Positions 38,646-48,051 of a stretch of 64,000 nt of DNA are shown here, piece after piece. Location of the stretch: NCBI GenBank assembly GCA_045598545.1, contig JAZLMI010000005.1, forward strand, positions 7,665 through 71,664, in the 5' to 3' direction. The stretch comes from Christensenellaceae bacterium (GTDB lineage Bacteria > Bacillota > Clostridia > Christensenellales > Borkfalkiaceae). Position numbers and translations under genes: made by a program. The notes beneath the pieces were generated by a model. That model did no database searches and was not told where the DNA came from. It worked only from the letters and a program-made list of their open reading frames with translations. The number at the start of each line of letters is the position of its first letter. Within the stretch, counting starts at the first letter, position 1.

Positions 38646-39182
38646 TTAAAACGACGGCGGAGAAGAAACCCAAATAAATTCCGCTTCAATAGTTCCTTTA
38701 TTTATTATCTGATGAACTTTATTCGCAGAATAATAAAAACTTTCTCCCTTCTTAACCTTTATTTTACGTTTCCCTATCATTAACACGATTTCACCTTTCA
38801 ATACTAGCCCAAACTCTTCGCCTTCGTGCGGGAAATCTTCGTCGGTAGAACAAGAAGGTTTTAACTTTATATAAATAGGTTCCATAGCGTTTTTCTGAGC
38901 ATTCGGAACTAACCAGTTCAATGTATATTCGTCTGTAACCTTCTCTACGAACTCACTCTTATTAAAACAAATTTTTTCTTCCGCTTCGCCTTCCGAAAAA
39001 AATTCTTTTAACGTAGTCCCTAAAGCCGATAAAATATCGATTAACGTCGCTATAGAAGGACTCGTTAAATCGTTTTCCAACTGTGAGATATATCCTTTCG
39101 TAAGTTCACACCTGTCCGCAAGTTCTTCTTGCGTAAGTTCACACGAAAGTCTTAAATCCTTAATTTTTTCACCTAAAACCAT
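38646..39182 (-). CDS. XRE-family HTH + cupin transcriptional regulator (PuuR-like)
   Basis: N-terminal HTH (LTQEELADRCELTKGYISQLEND) and a C-terminal cupin barrel (H.GEEFG.VL.G). First gene of the pot transcription unit. Confidence 0.85.
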   Translation of the reverse strand: MVLGEKIKDLRLSCELTQEELADRCELTKGYISQLENDLTSPSIATLIDILSALGTTLKEFFSEGEAEEKICFNKSEFVEKVTDEYTLNWLVPNAQKNAMEPIYIKLKPSCSTDEDFPHEGEEFGLVLKGEIVLMIGKRKIKVKKGESFYYSANKVHQIINKGTIEAEFIWVSSPPSF

Positions 39183-39261
39183 CGTTTACCCACCAAAATA
39201 ACAAAAGTTTAGAGATTTCTAACAAAAAGTTTAATTTTCCTAAACTTAAATAACGTTATAA

Positions 39262-39290
39262 ATTATATAAAAACCTATATTAGTTGTCAA
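39262..39290 (-). promoter_or_regulatory. Consensus sigma-A promoter for the regulator-potABCD unit
   Basis: On the minus strand: TTGACA (39290-39285), 17-nt spacer, TATAAT (39267-39262). Repeats ACAAAAGTTTA (39201, 39222) and the inverted repeat AGTTTA-N7-TAAACT (39228-39246) lie just downstream of the predicted TSS. Confidence 0.6.
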
Positions 39291-39394
39291 TCGTTTGAAA
39301 TAACTTTTTTAAAAAAATTTTCAATATTTTTTATGAAAAATTTCCACGCATAAATGACGGGAATAAATTTTTATAAAATCAAAATACTAAACGT

Positions 39395-40822
39395 ATGAAT
39401 AACTCTAAATATTCGGAAAAAATCAAAAAGATAAAAGATAAACTTTCGTCTTCGGATGTGTCTTTTATAGACTTAAAAGCGGGGAAATCCAAGGCCGTTT
39501 TAATATTCGTAAATAACCTTGTGGATAAAGAAGCGATAGGAAATTTAATAGTAAAGCCCCTATCGGGGATAAAGGGGAAAGTTACCGAAAAAGTTTTATT
39601 CGACACGTTTTTAAGCCCCGAAAAACAAACTTTAACTTCATTAAAAGATATTTTCGATAAAATTGCATTAGGTTGCTCGGTGCTTATAGTAGATAATATA
39701 GACGTAGCATTCTCTTTTGAACTTAAAAAATTCGATAAACGTGCTATAACGGAACCGCCCACTTCGACAGTTATTAAAGGTCCTAGAGAAGGATTTGTAG
39801 AGAGTCTTCCCGTCAACGTAAGTTTAATGAGAAGGAGAATAAAATCTCCCGACTTAATATTCGAAGACTTAATAATCGGGAAATACTCTAAAACTCCCGT
39901 TTCTATATGTTATATTCGTGGAATAGCGGATAAAAAATTAGTAACAGAATTAAAGGAAAAAATAAAAAAAATAAGTATAGATGCGATACTTGATTCTTCT
40001 TATATATCCAAGTTTTTAGGAGAGCATAAAACTTCGGTTTTTAAACAAATAGGAAATACCGAAAAGCCCGATATATTAGCGGCTAAAATTTTAGAAGGGA
40101 GAGTAGCGATATTCGTAGACGGTTCTCCCATTGTTTTAACCGTTCCCTACATTTTAGTCGAAGACTTCCAAAGCCCAAGCGATTATTACAGTTCTTCTTA
40201 CAGTGCGACTTTTGCAAGGGTATTAAGGTTAATTTCGGTATTTATATCTTTACTTTTGCCTGCGTTTTTCGTTTCGGCTGAACTTTTCCATTTACAACTT
40301 ATTCCTTTAAGTTTTTTACTGACAATAGAAAACAGCATAAAGGGTATTCCCCTATCACCGAGTTACGAGATGTTTTTCACTCTTTTAATATTCGAAATTT
40401 TAAACGAAGCAAGTGTAAGAATGCCTAAGTACGTCGGAATGGTAGTTTCCATTGTAGGGGCTTTGGTATTAGGAGAAACTGCGGTAAATGCGGGTATTAT
40501 TTCCGCCCCGACCTTAATGGTCGTGGCACTTTCGGGAATATGCTTATACACAGTACCTGAATTAGAGCAAACGCTTTCTATTATACGACTTGCCTTCTTG
40601 ATAATAGCGGGAACTTTCGGAGCATACGGACTTTTAAATGCCATAATATTTTCTATAGTATATTTAATTACTTTTGAAAATTATTCAACCCCCGTATGTG
40701 CCCCATTTTCACCACTTATTAAAAAAGACTTAAAAGACAGTTTTTATAAAGGATTTTTAATGGGACAAGAAAATAGACCTTTATCCATTAAAAACGCAAA
40801 CAAAAAAAGATTAGGAGAATAA
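39395..40822 (+). CDS. Spore germination protein, GerA/GerKA (A subunit) family
   Basis: 475 aa with the conserved GerA core (E.P.....IKGPREGF.E....N..L.RRRI; ILEGRVAIFVDGSP) and a C-terminal TM cluster. Confidence 0.9.
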   Translation: MNNSKYSEKIKKIKDKLSSSDVSFIDLKAGKSKAVLIFVNNLVDKEAIGNLIVKPLSGIKGKVTEKVLFDTFLSPEKQTLTSLKDIFDKIALGCSVLIVDNIDVAFSFELKKFDKRAITEPPTSTVIKGPREGFVESLPVNVSLMRRRIKSPDLIFEDLIIGKYSKTPVSICYIRGIADKKLVTELKEKIKKISIDAILDSSYISKFLGEHKTSVFKQIGNTEKPDILAAKILEGRVAIFVDGSPIVLTVPYILVEDFQSPSDYYSSSYSATFARVLRLISVFISLLLPAFFVSAELFHLQLIPLSFLLTIENSIKGIPLSPSYEMFFTLLIFEILNEASVRMPKYVGMVVSIVGALVLGETAVNAGIISAPTLMVVALSGICLYTVPELEQTLSIIRLAFLIIAGTFGAYGLLNAIIFSIVYLITFENYSTPVCAPFSPLIKKDLKDSFYKGFLMGQENRPLSIKNANKKRLGE

Positions 40823-40823
40823 T

Positions 40824-41918
40824 ATGCAGTACGAATTAAAAACCAGACAAATTTGTTTTTTCTTTATAGCATTCTTACCGGTAACAAAAATGTTTATGCT
40901 TCCAAGCATTATATCGGCAAGTGCAAACGAAGATATGTGGATATGTTCACTTATAAATTTAATTCTCGATTTCATAACGGTACTATCTCTTTCTCTTATA
41001 TGTAAAAACCTAAAAACCGATTTTAAAGGACTTTTAGAAAACTGCTTTGGTAAAACGGGTAAAATAATAGTCTTATCTTTATATTTTATATATTTCTTAT
41101 TGAAGGCGTTTTTGCCTTTTAACGAGCAAAAAGATTACGTAGAATTGACCTTATATCTAAATATGCCTAAAATTTTATATTTTTTACCCATATTCGTTTC
41201 GACTTTTTATATAGCGACAAAAAGATTAAGAGTATTCGGAAGGCTTGCGGACGTATTCTTACCAATAACGATAATAGGCTACGTTTTGATTATAGCACTT
41301 GCCATCCCAAACACAGATTTAACCGCAATACTCCCGATAGGAGCAAACGGAATAGAAAAAATATTTAACGGAACTTTAAATTCTTTCACTTGGTTTGGAG
41401 ACTGTGTATATCTATTATTCTTTATAGGCAACTTTTCTTATAAGAAAAGAGATTGCTTAAAAATAATATTGTCATTTATTGTTTCGGCAATTATGGTAAT
41501 ACTGTTTATGATAATTTTTTACGGAATATTTACTTCCATAGGGTTTAGGCAACGCTTTGCTTTAACCGAAACTTCTAAATATACTACCGTAATAGCAAAC
41601 ACGGGGAGATTTGATTATATAGGTATCACTTGTATACTTCTATCTAATATCGTAGCGATGTCATTACCCGTATATTTTGCAAGCGACATCTTAAACGAAA
41701 TATTTTATATTAAAAATAAATGGTTATCGCCACTAATTGTTACCGCAATATTAGTACTTACAATAACAGTTTTGGAAGAATATTTTTATTCGTTCGAAAA
41801 TTTTATAACTAACTATGCGGGATTTTATTTTTTAATATTCGCAAACATAGTTCCGCTATTTACCGTATTATTAAAAAAAGGAGGTAAAAGAAATGAAGCA
41901 ATCAAACTTAAAAACTAA
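40824..41918 (+). CDS. Spore germination protein, GerAB (B subunit, APC-type permease) family
   Basis: 364 aa, 10 TM segments. Immediately follows the A subunit. Confidence 0.85.
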   Translation: MQYELKTRQICFFFIAFLPVTKMFMLPSIISASANEDMWICSLINLILDFITVLSLSLICKNLKTDFKGLLENCFGKTGKIIVLSLYFIYFLLKAFLPFNEQKDYVELTLYLNMPKILYFLPIFVSTFYIATKRLRVFGRLADVFLPITIIGYVLIIALAIPNTDLTAILPIGANGIEKIFNGTLNSFTWFGDCVYLLFFIGNFSYKKRDCLKIILSFIVSAIMVILFMIIFYGIFTSIGFRQRFALTETSKYTTVIANTGRFDYIGITCILLSNIVAMSLPVYFASDILNEIFYIKNKWLSPLIVTAILVLTITVLEEYFYSFENFITNYAGFYFLIFANIVPLFTVLLKKGGKRNEAIKLKN

Positions 41919-43113
41919 AATAATTTTATTTATAGTATTTGCGTTTTTCGTATTTTTCTTTTCAAACGATTTCGGTTTAGTCGATATAGAAAAAACCGCC
42001 ATAATAACGGCAGTTGCGATAGACATAGACGACGAAGGAAAATATATTGCCACCGCACAAATTGCAGTTCCCGAAGCGACAGATACGAGTACGGAAAATC
42101 AAAAATCGGAAATTTCTGGGATAGGCTATACAATCGGCGAAGCAATAAAAGATATTTCCGACGTTTCAGGATGGTTTCCGCAACTTGCATTTTGTAATCT
42201 TATAATAATCGGAGGAGAACTATCCACAACTAACGTAATAAGAGTAGTGGATTATTTTGCGAAAACTTTAAGGGTTCAAGATTCGGCGATAGTCGTAATG
42301 GCGGAAAAAAAGGCAAAAGACTTAATGCAAGTAACTTCCCCATTAGACAATATATCTTCATTTGCTATCCAAAAAATACTTTTACAAAGTCCGGGATTCG
42401 ATAAAGACACCGCAACTATGGATATAAAAACCTTTTCGACCGACTATTACGGAAAAGCCTCTTCTTCTTATATGCCTTTTGTTAAGGTAATAGATTTAGA
42501 GAGAAAACCTGCAACGCCGTTAGAAGAAAGCGGAGAAAGTGATGGAGGGTCTACGAGCCAAGATTCTTCCACGAAAGGCGGAAGCGGTAAAAAATATCTT
42601 TTCGACGCAAGTACTACTGCACTTTTCAAAAACGGAATAATGGTCGGAAGTTTAAATTCCTCTCTTACAAGTATGCTTAACGCAATAACGGAAAATTATG
42701 CGGGAAGCACGATATCTTTAAATAACGTACAAGATAACGGAGATACACATAATTATCTGGTAACCGTTATAAAATCGAAACCCGAAATGAAACTGGAAAC
42801 TGAAAAAAACGGGCTAAAATTTTCGGTATCGTTAAATTTATACTGTAAAATAAGTGATGAAAATGCAAAAAATTCAGACGCCGATTATGCTAAAAACAAA
42901 CCTTTGCCCACACCCGTAAAACAAAAAATAAAAGAACAGTTTGAAACGGGAATAAAAGAACTTATACAAACTTCCATAGATACCGATTGTGATTTTTTGA
43001 AAATAAAAGAAAAACTGTATCGCTTTCATAATAGCGAATACAGTTTATATAAAGATAATTTTTTACAGGTATTAAATTACGACGTAAAGGTAAACGTATC
43101 GGGGCAAAAATAA
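41893..43113 (+). CDS. Spore germination protein, Ger(x)C lipoprotein family
   Basis: 406 aa with an N-terminal hydrophobic anchor. Typical A-B-C operon order; overlaps the B gene by 26 nt. Confidence 0.8.
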   Translation: MKQSNLKTKIILFIVFAFFVFFFSNDFGLVDIEKTAIITAVAIDIDDEGKYIATAQIAVPEATDTSTENQKSEISGIGYTIGEAIKDISDVSGWFPQLAFCNLIIIGGELSTTNVIRVVDYFAKTLRVQDSAIVVMAEKKAKDLMQVTSPLDNISSFAIQKILLQSPGFDKDTATMDIKTFSTDYYGKASSSYMPFVKVIDLERKPATPLEESGESDGGSTSQDSSTKGGSGKKYLFDASTTALFKNGIMVGSLNSSLTSMLNAITENYAGSTISLNNVQDNGDTHNYLVTVIKSKPEMKLETEKNGLKFSVSLNLYCKISDENAKNSDADYAKNKPLPTPVKQKIKEQFETGIKELIQTSIDTDCDFLKIKEKLYRFHNSEYSLYKDNFLQVLNYDVKVNVSGQK

Positions 43114-43115
43114 AG

Positions 43116-44084
43116 TTATTTAAATAATCTTTCCACTATTTCTTTGCCGTCAGCGTTTACAATATATAAGTTGACGTTTGCAAAAACTTTTAAAATTTCC
43201 GACTTAATAAAATTTACGCCGTTTAATTTTTCGGTAAACTCTTCTATCGGTTTTAAACAAAAGAAATCTCCGAATATATGTGCGTTTTGAATTTTACCCT
43301 CTAAAACGTCAAACTCCAAACAAAACGTTCCGAAAGAAAACCTTTCTTCTGAGCGGTTTGAACACTTTGGAGAATTACCTATATTCCAAGAGAAGGTGGA
43401 ATATTTTTCTTCCCTTAGTTTTTCAATTGCCTCAATATCTTTTTCGGTAAAAGAATAAGGTTTACAAGTCCTTAAAAAATACTCACTTAAACCCTGTTTT
43501 AACTTTTCCGCCGTCATATCGGAATTTAAATAAGATTTTATATTGGTAACTCTCGCTCTAACCGACTTAATGCCTTTACTCTGCATTTTAAGTTTGTTGG
43601 GCTTTAATGCACCTTCCAAAACTTCCATATTAGAATCAAACAAAATAGTGCCGTGGTGCATAATCTTATTCTTATATACCGTTTGAGCGTTGCCGGATAT
43701 TTTCTTGCCATCTAAAACTATATCGTTCCTTCCCGAAAATTCCGCTTTTACTCCTAAACTGTTTAAGTAATTTATAACGGGAGCGGTAAATTTTCTATAC
43801 GAATCTTCCCCTTCTGAAAAAGGTGCGATAACGGTATAGCAAATATTATTTAAATCGTGATAAACCGCCCCTCCACCCGTAAGTCTTCTAACTACTTTAA
43901 TACCGTGTTTTTCCGTAAAGTCCAAGTTTACTTCTTCTATTGCATTTTGATTAACGCCAACTATAACTGCGTTGTCGTTTCTCCATAAATAGATATAATA
44001 TCCGTCCGTTTGTTTTAATAAATATTCTTCGGACGCAAGATTAAAATATGCGTCGGTATTGTCGTGAGTTATAAACTTAAACAT
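43116..44084 (-). CDS. lplA: Lipoate--protein ligase A
   Basis: 322 aa. RR.TGGGAVYHD.GN motif and GKKISG.AQ lysine motif. Lies next to the lipoyl-dependent complex. Confidence 0.9.
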   Translation of the reverse strand: MFKFITHDNTDAYFNLASEEYLLKQTDGYYIYLWRNDNAVIVGVNQNAIEEVNLDFTEKHGIKVVRRLTGGGAVYHDLNNICYTVIAPFSEGEDSYRKFTAPVINYLNSLGVKAEFSGRNDIVLDGKKISGNAQTVYKNKIMHHGTILFDSNMEVLEGALKPNKLKMQSKGIKSVRARVTNIKSYLNSDMTAEKLKQGLSEYFLRTCKPYSFTEKDIEAIEKLREEKYSTFSWNIGNSPKCSNRSEERFSFGTFCLEFDVLEGKIQNAHIFGDFFCLKPIEEFTEKLNGVNFIKSEILKVFANVNLYIVNADGKEIVERLFK

Positions 44085-44116
44085 AATAATTTCAAAATTA
44101 ATTTAAAATAAATTTT

Positions 44117-44146
44117 AAAAAGCGGGAGAAAATTCTCCCGCTTTTT
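44117..44146. terminator. Intrinsic terminator after the E1 gene
   Basis: Stem AGCGGGAG/CTCCCGCT with a 6-nt loop, flanked by A4 and T4 runs. Confidence 0.7.
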
Positions 44147-44156
44147 ACCGTTTTTA

Positions 44157-46622
44157 TTAAACGCCTTTTTTAGCCTTTCTCATCTGTTCTGCGTTAGAAG
44201 TATTGCATTTGGAAACGTGACCGTTAAGCGGTAAAATCTTATCGTTGATATAGTCTATTATCCAACTTGCTTGCGGGAAGAATTCTTCGTCGAATTCGTG
44301 AGGAGGAGTAATCCAGTTTTGAGCACCGCAAACAACGGGAGGAGCATCCAAATAATCGAAGCAAAGTTCGGTAATATTTCTTGCGAAGTCGTTAAGAATG
44401 GAACCTCTTGCACAAGCGTCGGAAGCGAGAATAATTCTTCCGGTCTTTTTAACGCTTTCAACGACCTTATCGTAGTTAAACGGAACGATACTTCTTGCAT
44501 CGATGATTTCCGCTTCAACGCCGTATTTTTCTGAAAGTATTTTCGCAGCTTCAACTGCTTTATATAAGGTAGCACCGATAGTTACGATAGTAATATCGGA
44601 ACCTACTCTCTTAACGTCGGGTTCGCCAAGCGGAATTTCATAATATCCAGTAGGAACGCCTTCTTTTCTGAATTCTTCGCCCTTACCGTAAATTCTTTGA
44701 CTTTCAAAGAAGATAACGGGGTCAGTTCCTTGTAAAGCGGAGTTCATTAAACCCTTAGCGTCATAAGGCGTTGCAGGGAAACAAACTTTAAGTCCCGGAA
44801 CGTGTGCGGGAAGAGCAACCCAGTCTTGAGAGTGTTGAGCACCGTACTTACTTCCTACGGAAACTCTCAAAACTACCGGCATCTTCAAAATTCCAGAAGA
44901 CATTGCTTGCCATTTAGCGAGTTGGTTGAATATTTCGTCGCCCGCTCTACCCATAAAGTCTGCATACATAAGTTCTACGATAACTCTACCACCGCAAAGT
45001 CCGTAACCTACTGCCGAAGAAACGATAGCCGCTTCGGATATAGGAGAGTTGAACAATCTGTGATAAGGAAGAGCCTCGGTAAGTCCTTTATAAACAGCGA
45101 ACGCACCGCCCCAATCTCTTACGTCTTCACCGTAAGAAGTCAAAGTCGGGTCTTTATAATATCTGTCGATAATAGCTTCGAATAAACCGTCTCTAATATT
45201 AAACGCTTTCATATCGGAAACTTTATTTCCCTTATCGTCGAAAGCATAACGGAGTTTACCTGCGATTTGCTTAACTCTGGGATTTTCTTCCATAGGCATC
45301 TTTACGTCAACAGGACGGTCTTCCATCTTATCAACCGAGCCGTTAGAGAACATAAGATTTTCGATATAATACGGGTCTTTATTGAAATCGTGATAAGGAG
45401 ATTCAACGGGGTCCGCAGCGAGTTTGCAAAGTTTAAGCATTCTCTCTTCGATACTCTTTAAGATATCGTCGAATTTTCCGTCTGATTCAACCTTAGCGTC
45501 AACCAATGCTTTTCTGTAAGTAATAAGCGGGTCGTACTCTTTCCAAGCGTCCACTTCTTCCTGAGTTCTGTAACTCATAGCGTCGGAAGGAGAATGTCCA
45601 CCGAAACGGTAAGTTACAACGTCGAGCATTGCAGGACCTTTGCCTTCCAACAAAATCTTTTTCTTTCTGCCTACTGCGTCTATAACAGCCAAAGGATTGA
45701 AACCGTCTACACGTTCAGCATACATTTGAGAAGGCGTAACGCCTGCACCCAAACGAGCGAGGAAGTCGTAAGCCATAGTTTCGCCTCTGGTTTGTCCGCC
45801 CATACCGTAGTCGTTATTGAAGAAATTGAAAAGTATAGGAAGTCCGCCTTTCTTTTCCCACAAATCTTTGAACTGGTCCATAGCGGCAAAGTTCATAGAC
45901 TCGTAAACGACACCGCAACCTACTGCACCGTCGCCGACGTTAGAGATAACTATACCTTTTTTATCGTTAACTTTTTTATAGAGAGCAGCACCTAATGCTA
46001 CGGGAGCAGCACCGCCGACTATTGCGTTATTCGGATAAATTCCGAACGGCAAGAAGAATACGTGCATAGAACCGCCCATACCTCTATGGAAGCCCGTTCT
46101 TCTTGCAAAGATTTCACTCATAAATCCGTAAAGTAAGAAATCTACGGCTAAATCTTTAATGTTACCCGTTTTATTTAATTTTTCAACGGGAGCGAGAGTT
46201 TCTCCGTTCATAAAGTTCTTCATAATATCGTAAAGAGCTTTATCGTCTAACTTGTTTATAGAAGCCAAACCTCTTGCTAAAACTTCGCTGTGAGAACGGT
46301 GAGAACCGAACGTCATATCGTCTAAATCAAGATTATATGCTTGACCTACGGCAGCCGCTTCCTGACCCATAGAAAGGTGAGCAGGTCCCGGATAGGTATG
46401 TTTGAAACCTTGATATTCTCCCTTAATTTTAATGGAGTTAATCATACTTTCAAATTCACGAAGAGTCGCTATATCGTTAAAGATACGAACGAAATCTTCC
46501 TTTTTGAAATTTTTCTTTTCATCTTCGATAGTCTTGTTATATTGATTTACGGGGATATCGTCGAAGTGAATTTTGCCAGATTTTCTTAAAAATACTGGGT
46601 CTACAAATAATTGCTTTGACAT
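44157..46622 (-). CDS. Fused E1 alpha-beta component of a TPP-dependent 2-oxoacid/acetoin-type dehydrogenase
   Basis: 821 aa. The N-terminal half is E1-alpha-like (TPP motif G.GA...G...E..N.A). The C-terminal half is E1-beta-like (transketolase Pyr and C-terminal domains; I..GED....GG.F). Confidence 0.85.
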   Translation of the reverse strand: MSKQLFVDPVFLRKSGKIHFDDIPVNQYNKTIEDEKKNFKKEDFVRIFNDIATLREFESMINSIKIKGEYQGFKHTYPGPAHLSMGQEAAAVGQAYNLDLDDMTFGSHRSHSEVLARGLASINKLDDKALYDIMKNFMNGETLAPVEKLNKTGNIKDLAVDFLLYGFMSEIFARRTGFHRGMGGSMHVFFLPFGIYPNNAIVGGAAPVALGAALYKKVNDKKGIVISNVGDGAVGCGVVYESMNFAAMDQFKDLWEKKGGLPILFNFFNNDYGMGGQTRGETMAYDFLARLGAGVTPSQMYAERVDGFNPLAVIDAVGRKKKILLEGKGPAMLDVVTYRFGGHSPSDAMSYRTQEEVDAWKEYDPLITYRKALVDAKVESDGKFDDILKSIEERMLKLCKLAADPVESPYHDFNKDPYYIENLMFSNGSVDKMEDRPVDVKMPMEENPRVKQIAGKLRYAFDDKGNKVSDMKAFNIRDGLFEAIIDRYYKDPTLTSYGEDVRDWGGAFAVYKGLTEALPYHRLFNSPISEAAIVSSAVGYGLCGGRVIVELMYADFMGRAGDEIFNQLAKWQAMSSGILKMPVVLRVSVGSKYGAQHSQDWVALPAHVPGLKVCFPATPYDAKGLMNSALQGTDPVIFFESQRIYGKGEEFRKEGVPTGYYEIPLGEPDVKRVGSDITIVTIGATLYKAVEAAKILSEKYGVEAEIIDARSIVPFNYDKVVESVKKTGRIILASDACARGSILNDFARNITELCFDYLDAPPVVCGAQNWITPPHEFDEEFFPQASWIIDYINDKILPLNGHVSKCNTSNAEQMRKAKKGV

Positions 46623-46669
46623 ATTGTTTTCTCCTTATATTGTTTTATATTTTATATTTTTTACAATAG

Positions 46670-48046
46670 TTAAATTTGCCAAATAGCTTCTCTTACTATT
46701 TCGCATACGGTAGGATGCGGGAACACGAGTTTCTTTATATTTTCTATATCCACTTCTAAGTCTATCATAGCGGAAACGGAAACGATAAATTCACCTGCGT
46801 AACTTCCTATAATGTGTGCCCCTATTAAGGTATTGGTTTTGTTATTGATAACGAGTTTACAAATTCCGTTTAAGTCGGTATTTTCAGCAACGTATCTTCC
46901 GGAATAAGTAAGAGGTATAGAAACGACTTTAACGTCTAAACCTTTACTCTTAGCACTTTCTTCGGTTTCTCCGACAGAACCTATTTCGGGGTTAGTGTAA
47001 ATAACCGAAGGAATTACGTTGTAACGCATAAAGTCCTTTTTGCCCAAAATATTATTGATAGCGACTTCGGATTCTCTATAAGCGGTATGAGCAAGCATAA
47101 TTTTTCCGTTTACATCGCCTGTTGCGTATACATTAGCGACGTTAGTTTGCATTTTGTCATCGGTAACGATAGCACCACGTTCCATATTGACTCCGATGTT
47201 TTCTAAGCCCAAATCTTTAGTAACCGCTCTTCTGCCGATAGAAAGTAAAATTTTATCGGCTTTAACTTTTTCACTCTTTCCGTCTTTTTCAAAGACTACG
47301 CCGTCCTTTTCGATAGCGGTAACCTTGCACCCCAAGTCGAAAGTGATACCTTTCTTTTCCAAAGCCTTTTGAAGTATAGAAGAAATTTCGGCTTCGGTAG
47401 GTCCTGCAATTTTATTAAGCATTTCGATTACGGTAACTTTTGTGCCTACGGAAGAGAAATAACTTGCCATTTCAAGTCCGATAACACCACCGCCGATAAC
47501 CACCAAGGTTTCGGGAATTTTATCTAAATCCAAAATTTCACGGTTTGTCAAAACTAAACCGGCTTCCAATCCTTCCTTTAATCCGGGGATAGGAGGAACT
47601 ACGGGGCTAGAACCGGTAGCGATAATTAAACGCTTACCTATAACTTTTTCGGTTCCCGCTTTAACAGTAAAGCCTTCGTCGGTTTTACCTTCGATAAAAG
47701 CTTCCGCAGACATCATTGTAACTTTATTCTTCTTTAAAGTCGCCTTAACGCCGGATACCAACATTTTAACAACGCCGTTCTTTCTTTCAACGACGAATTT
47801 TTGGTCTACCGTTGCTTTTCCGCTTACCTTAACGCCGTAGTTGCTTGCGTGATTAGCGTAGTCTACTACTTTTGCGGAATTAAGGAAAGTTTTACTAGGA
47901 ACGCAACCTTCATTTAAACAAACTCCGCCGAATTCTCTCTTTTCGATAACCAAAGTTTTAAGTCCTGCGTGTCCTGCTCTTTCTGCGGCAAGATACCCTG
48001 CAGGGCCTCCGCCGATAACTATTAAATCATAAATTTCCATAATCAA
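46670..48046 (-). CDS. lpdA: Dihydrolipoyl dehydrogenase (E3)
   Basis: FAD motif GGGPAGY, redox disulfide CLNEGCVPSK, NAD motif GGGVIGLE, C-terminal HPT..E. Confidence 0.95.
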   Translation of the reverse strand: MIMEIYDLIVIGGGPAGYLAAERAGHAGLKTLVIEKREFGGVCLNEGCVPSKTFLNSAKVVDYANHASNYGVKVSGKATVDQKFVVERKNGVVKMLVSGVKATLKKNKVTMMSAEAFIEGKTDEGFTVKAGTEKVIGKRLIIATGSSPVVPPIPGLKEGLEAGLVLTNREILDLDKIPETLVVIGGGVIGLEMASYFSSVGTKVTVIEMLNKIAGPTEAEISSILQKALEKKGITFDLGCKVTAIEKDGVVFEKDGKSEKVKADKILLSIGRRAVTKDLGLENIGVNMERGAIVTDDKMQTNVANVYATGDVNGKIMLAHTAYRESEVAINNILGKKDFMRYNVIPSVIYTNPEIGSVGETEESAKSKGLDVKVVSIPLTYSGRYVAENTDLNGICKLVINNKTNTLIGAHIIGSYAGEFIVSVSAMIDLEVDIENIKKLVFPHPTVCEIVREAIWQI

Positions 48047-48051
48047 TCTCC

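Noticed and set aside
39330-39394. Sigma-G/sigma-F forespore promoter upstream of the gerA-type operon (region TGAAAAATTTCCACGCATAAATGA).
   Set aside because: The -10-like CATAAAT deviates from CATxHTA at two positions, and the -35 is ambiguous in an AT-rich background. It is too weak to annotate without experimental or comparative support.
43111-43118. Convergent gerAC-type and lplA stop codons only 2 nt apart with no terminator, considered as a possible antisense-interference arrangement.
   Set aside because: Tight convergent packing is common, and nothing in the sequence suggests regulation. Termination may occur inside the opposing genes.
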